NCBI GenBank assembly: GCA_904063045.1
Contig: CAJFCJ010000005.1
Location: 759,988 to 823,987 of the forward strand
From: Dimorphilus gyrociliatus
Taxonomy: Eukaryota; Animalia; Annelida
Length of the DNA: 64,000 bases
Reading direction: 5' to 3'
This document shows, one piece after another, positions 63,954 through 64,000 of the stretch. Each line of letters starts with the position of its first letter. The stretch's first letter is position 1. The notes under the pieces were generated by a model. The model was not told where the DNA came from, searched no databases, and saw only the letters and a list, made by a program, of their open reading frames with translations. Made by a program: the position numbers and the translations under genes.

Positions 63954-64000
63954 ATTTAATGGAAATACTCAAAGATGTGCCGGACGAATTAGAACTTACA
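63954..64000 (+). CDS. CBP: CBP/p300 exon 2, partial (runs off the window)
   Basis: atcacag|AT TTA ATG: NLMEILKDVPDELELT, equivalent to p300 DFGSLFDLEHDLPDELI. Phase matches exon 1. Confidence 0.78.

Overview
AT-rich (about 70%), microsatellite-rich eukaryotic DNA from a bilaterian invertebrate. The gene style suggests a lophotrochozoan, possibly an annelid (inference). Five genes are well supported by in-phase exon chains. (1) A Shaw/Kv3 potassium channel (minus strand, about 5749-28193) with a 15-kb first intron and a chain of small phase-1 C-terminal exons. (2) A ~311-aa ionotropic-glutamate-receptor-derived protein (minus, 33552-36982). It has only the S1+S2 ligand-binding domain, no pore, and ends in a GPI-like tail; this is the most unusual element. 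(3) A GAREM-like adaptor with Pro-rich and SAM regions (plus, 43507-45842). (4) The ParaHox gene Cdx/caudal (plus, 54501-58526), with no Xlox or Gsx in the window. (5) The first two exons of CBP/p300 (plus, 63019 to window end). Less certain are an orphan 132-aa single-exon ORF with an N-terminal membrane segment and a decayed class A GPCR fragment. Non-coding DNA shows over-represented CRE, CTCF-like, TCF, Cdx/posterior-Hox and TAGGCCTA motifs. I found no tRNA, rRNA, CRISPR array or recognisable transposon. All exon boundaries, motif counts and expectation values were read or estimated by hand and need computational or RNA-seq confirmation.
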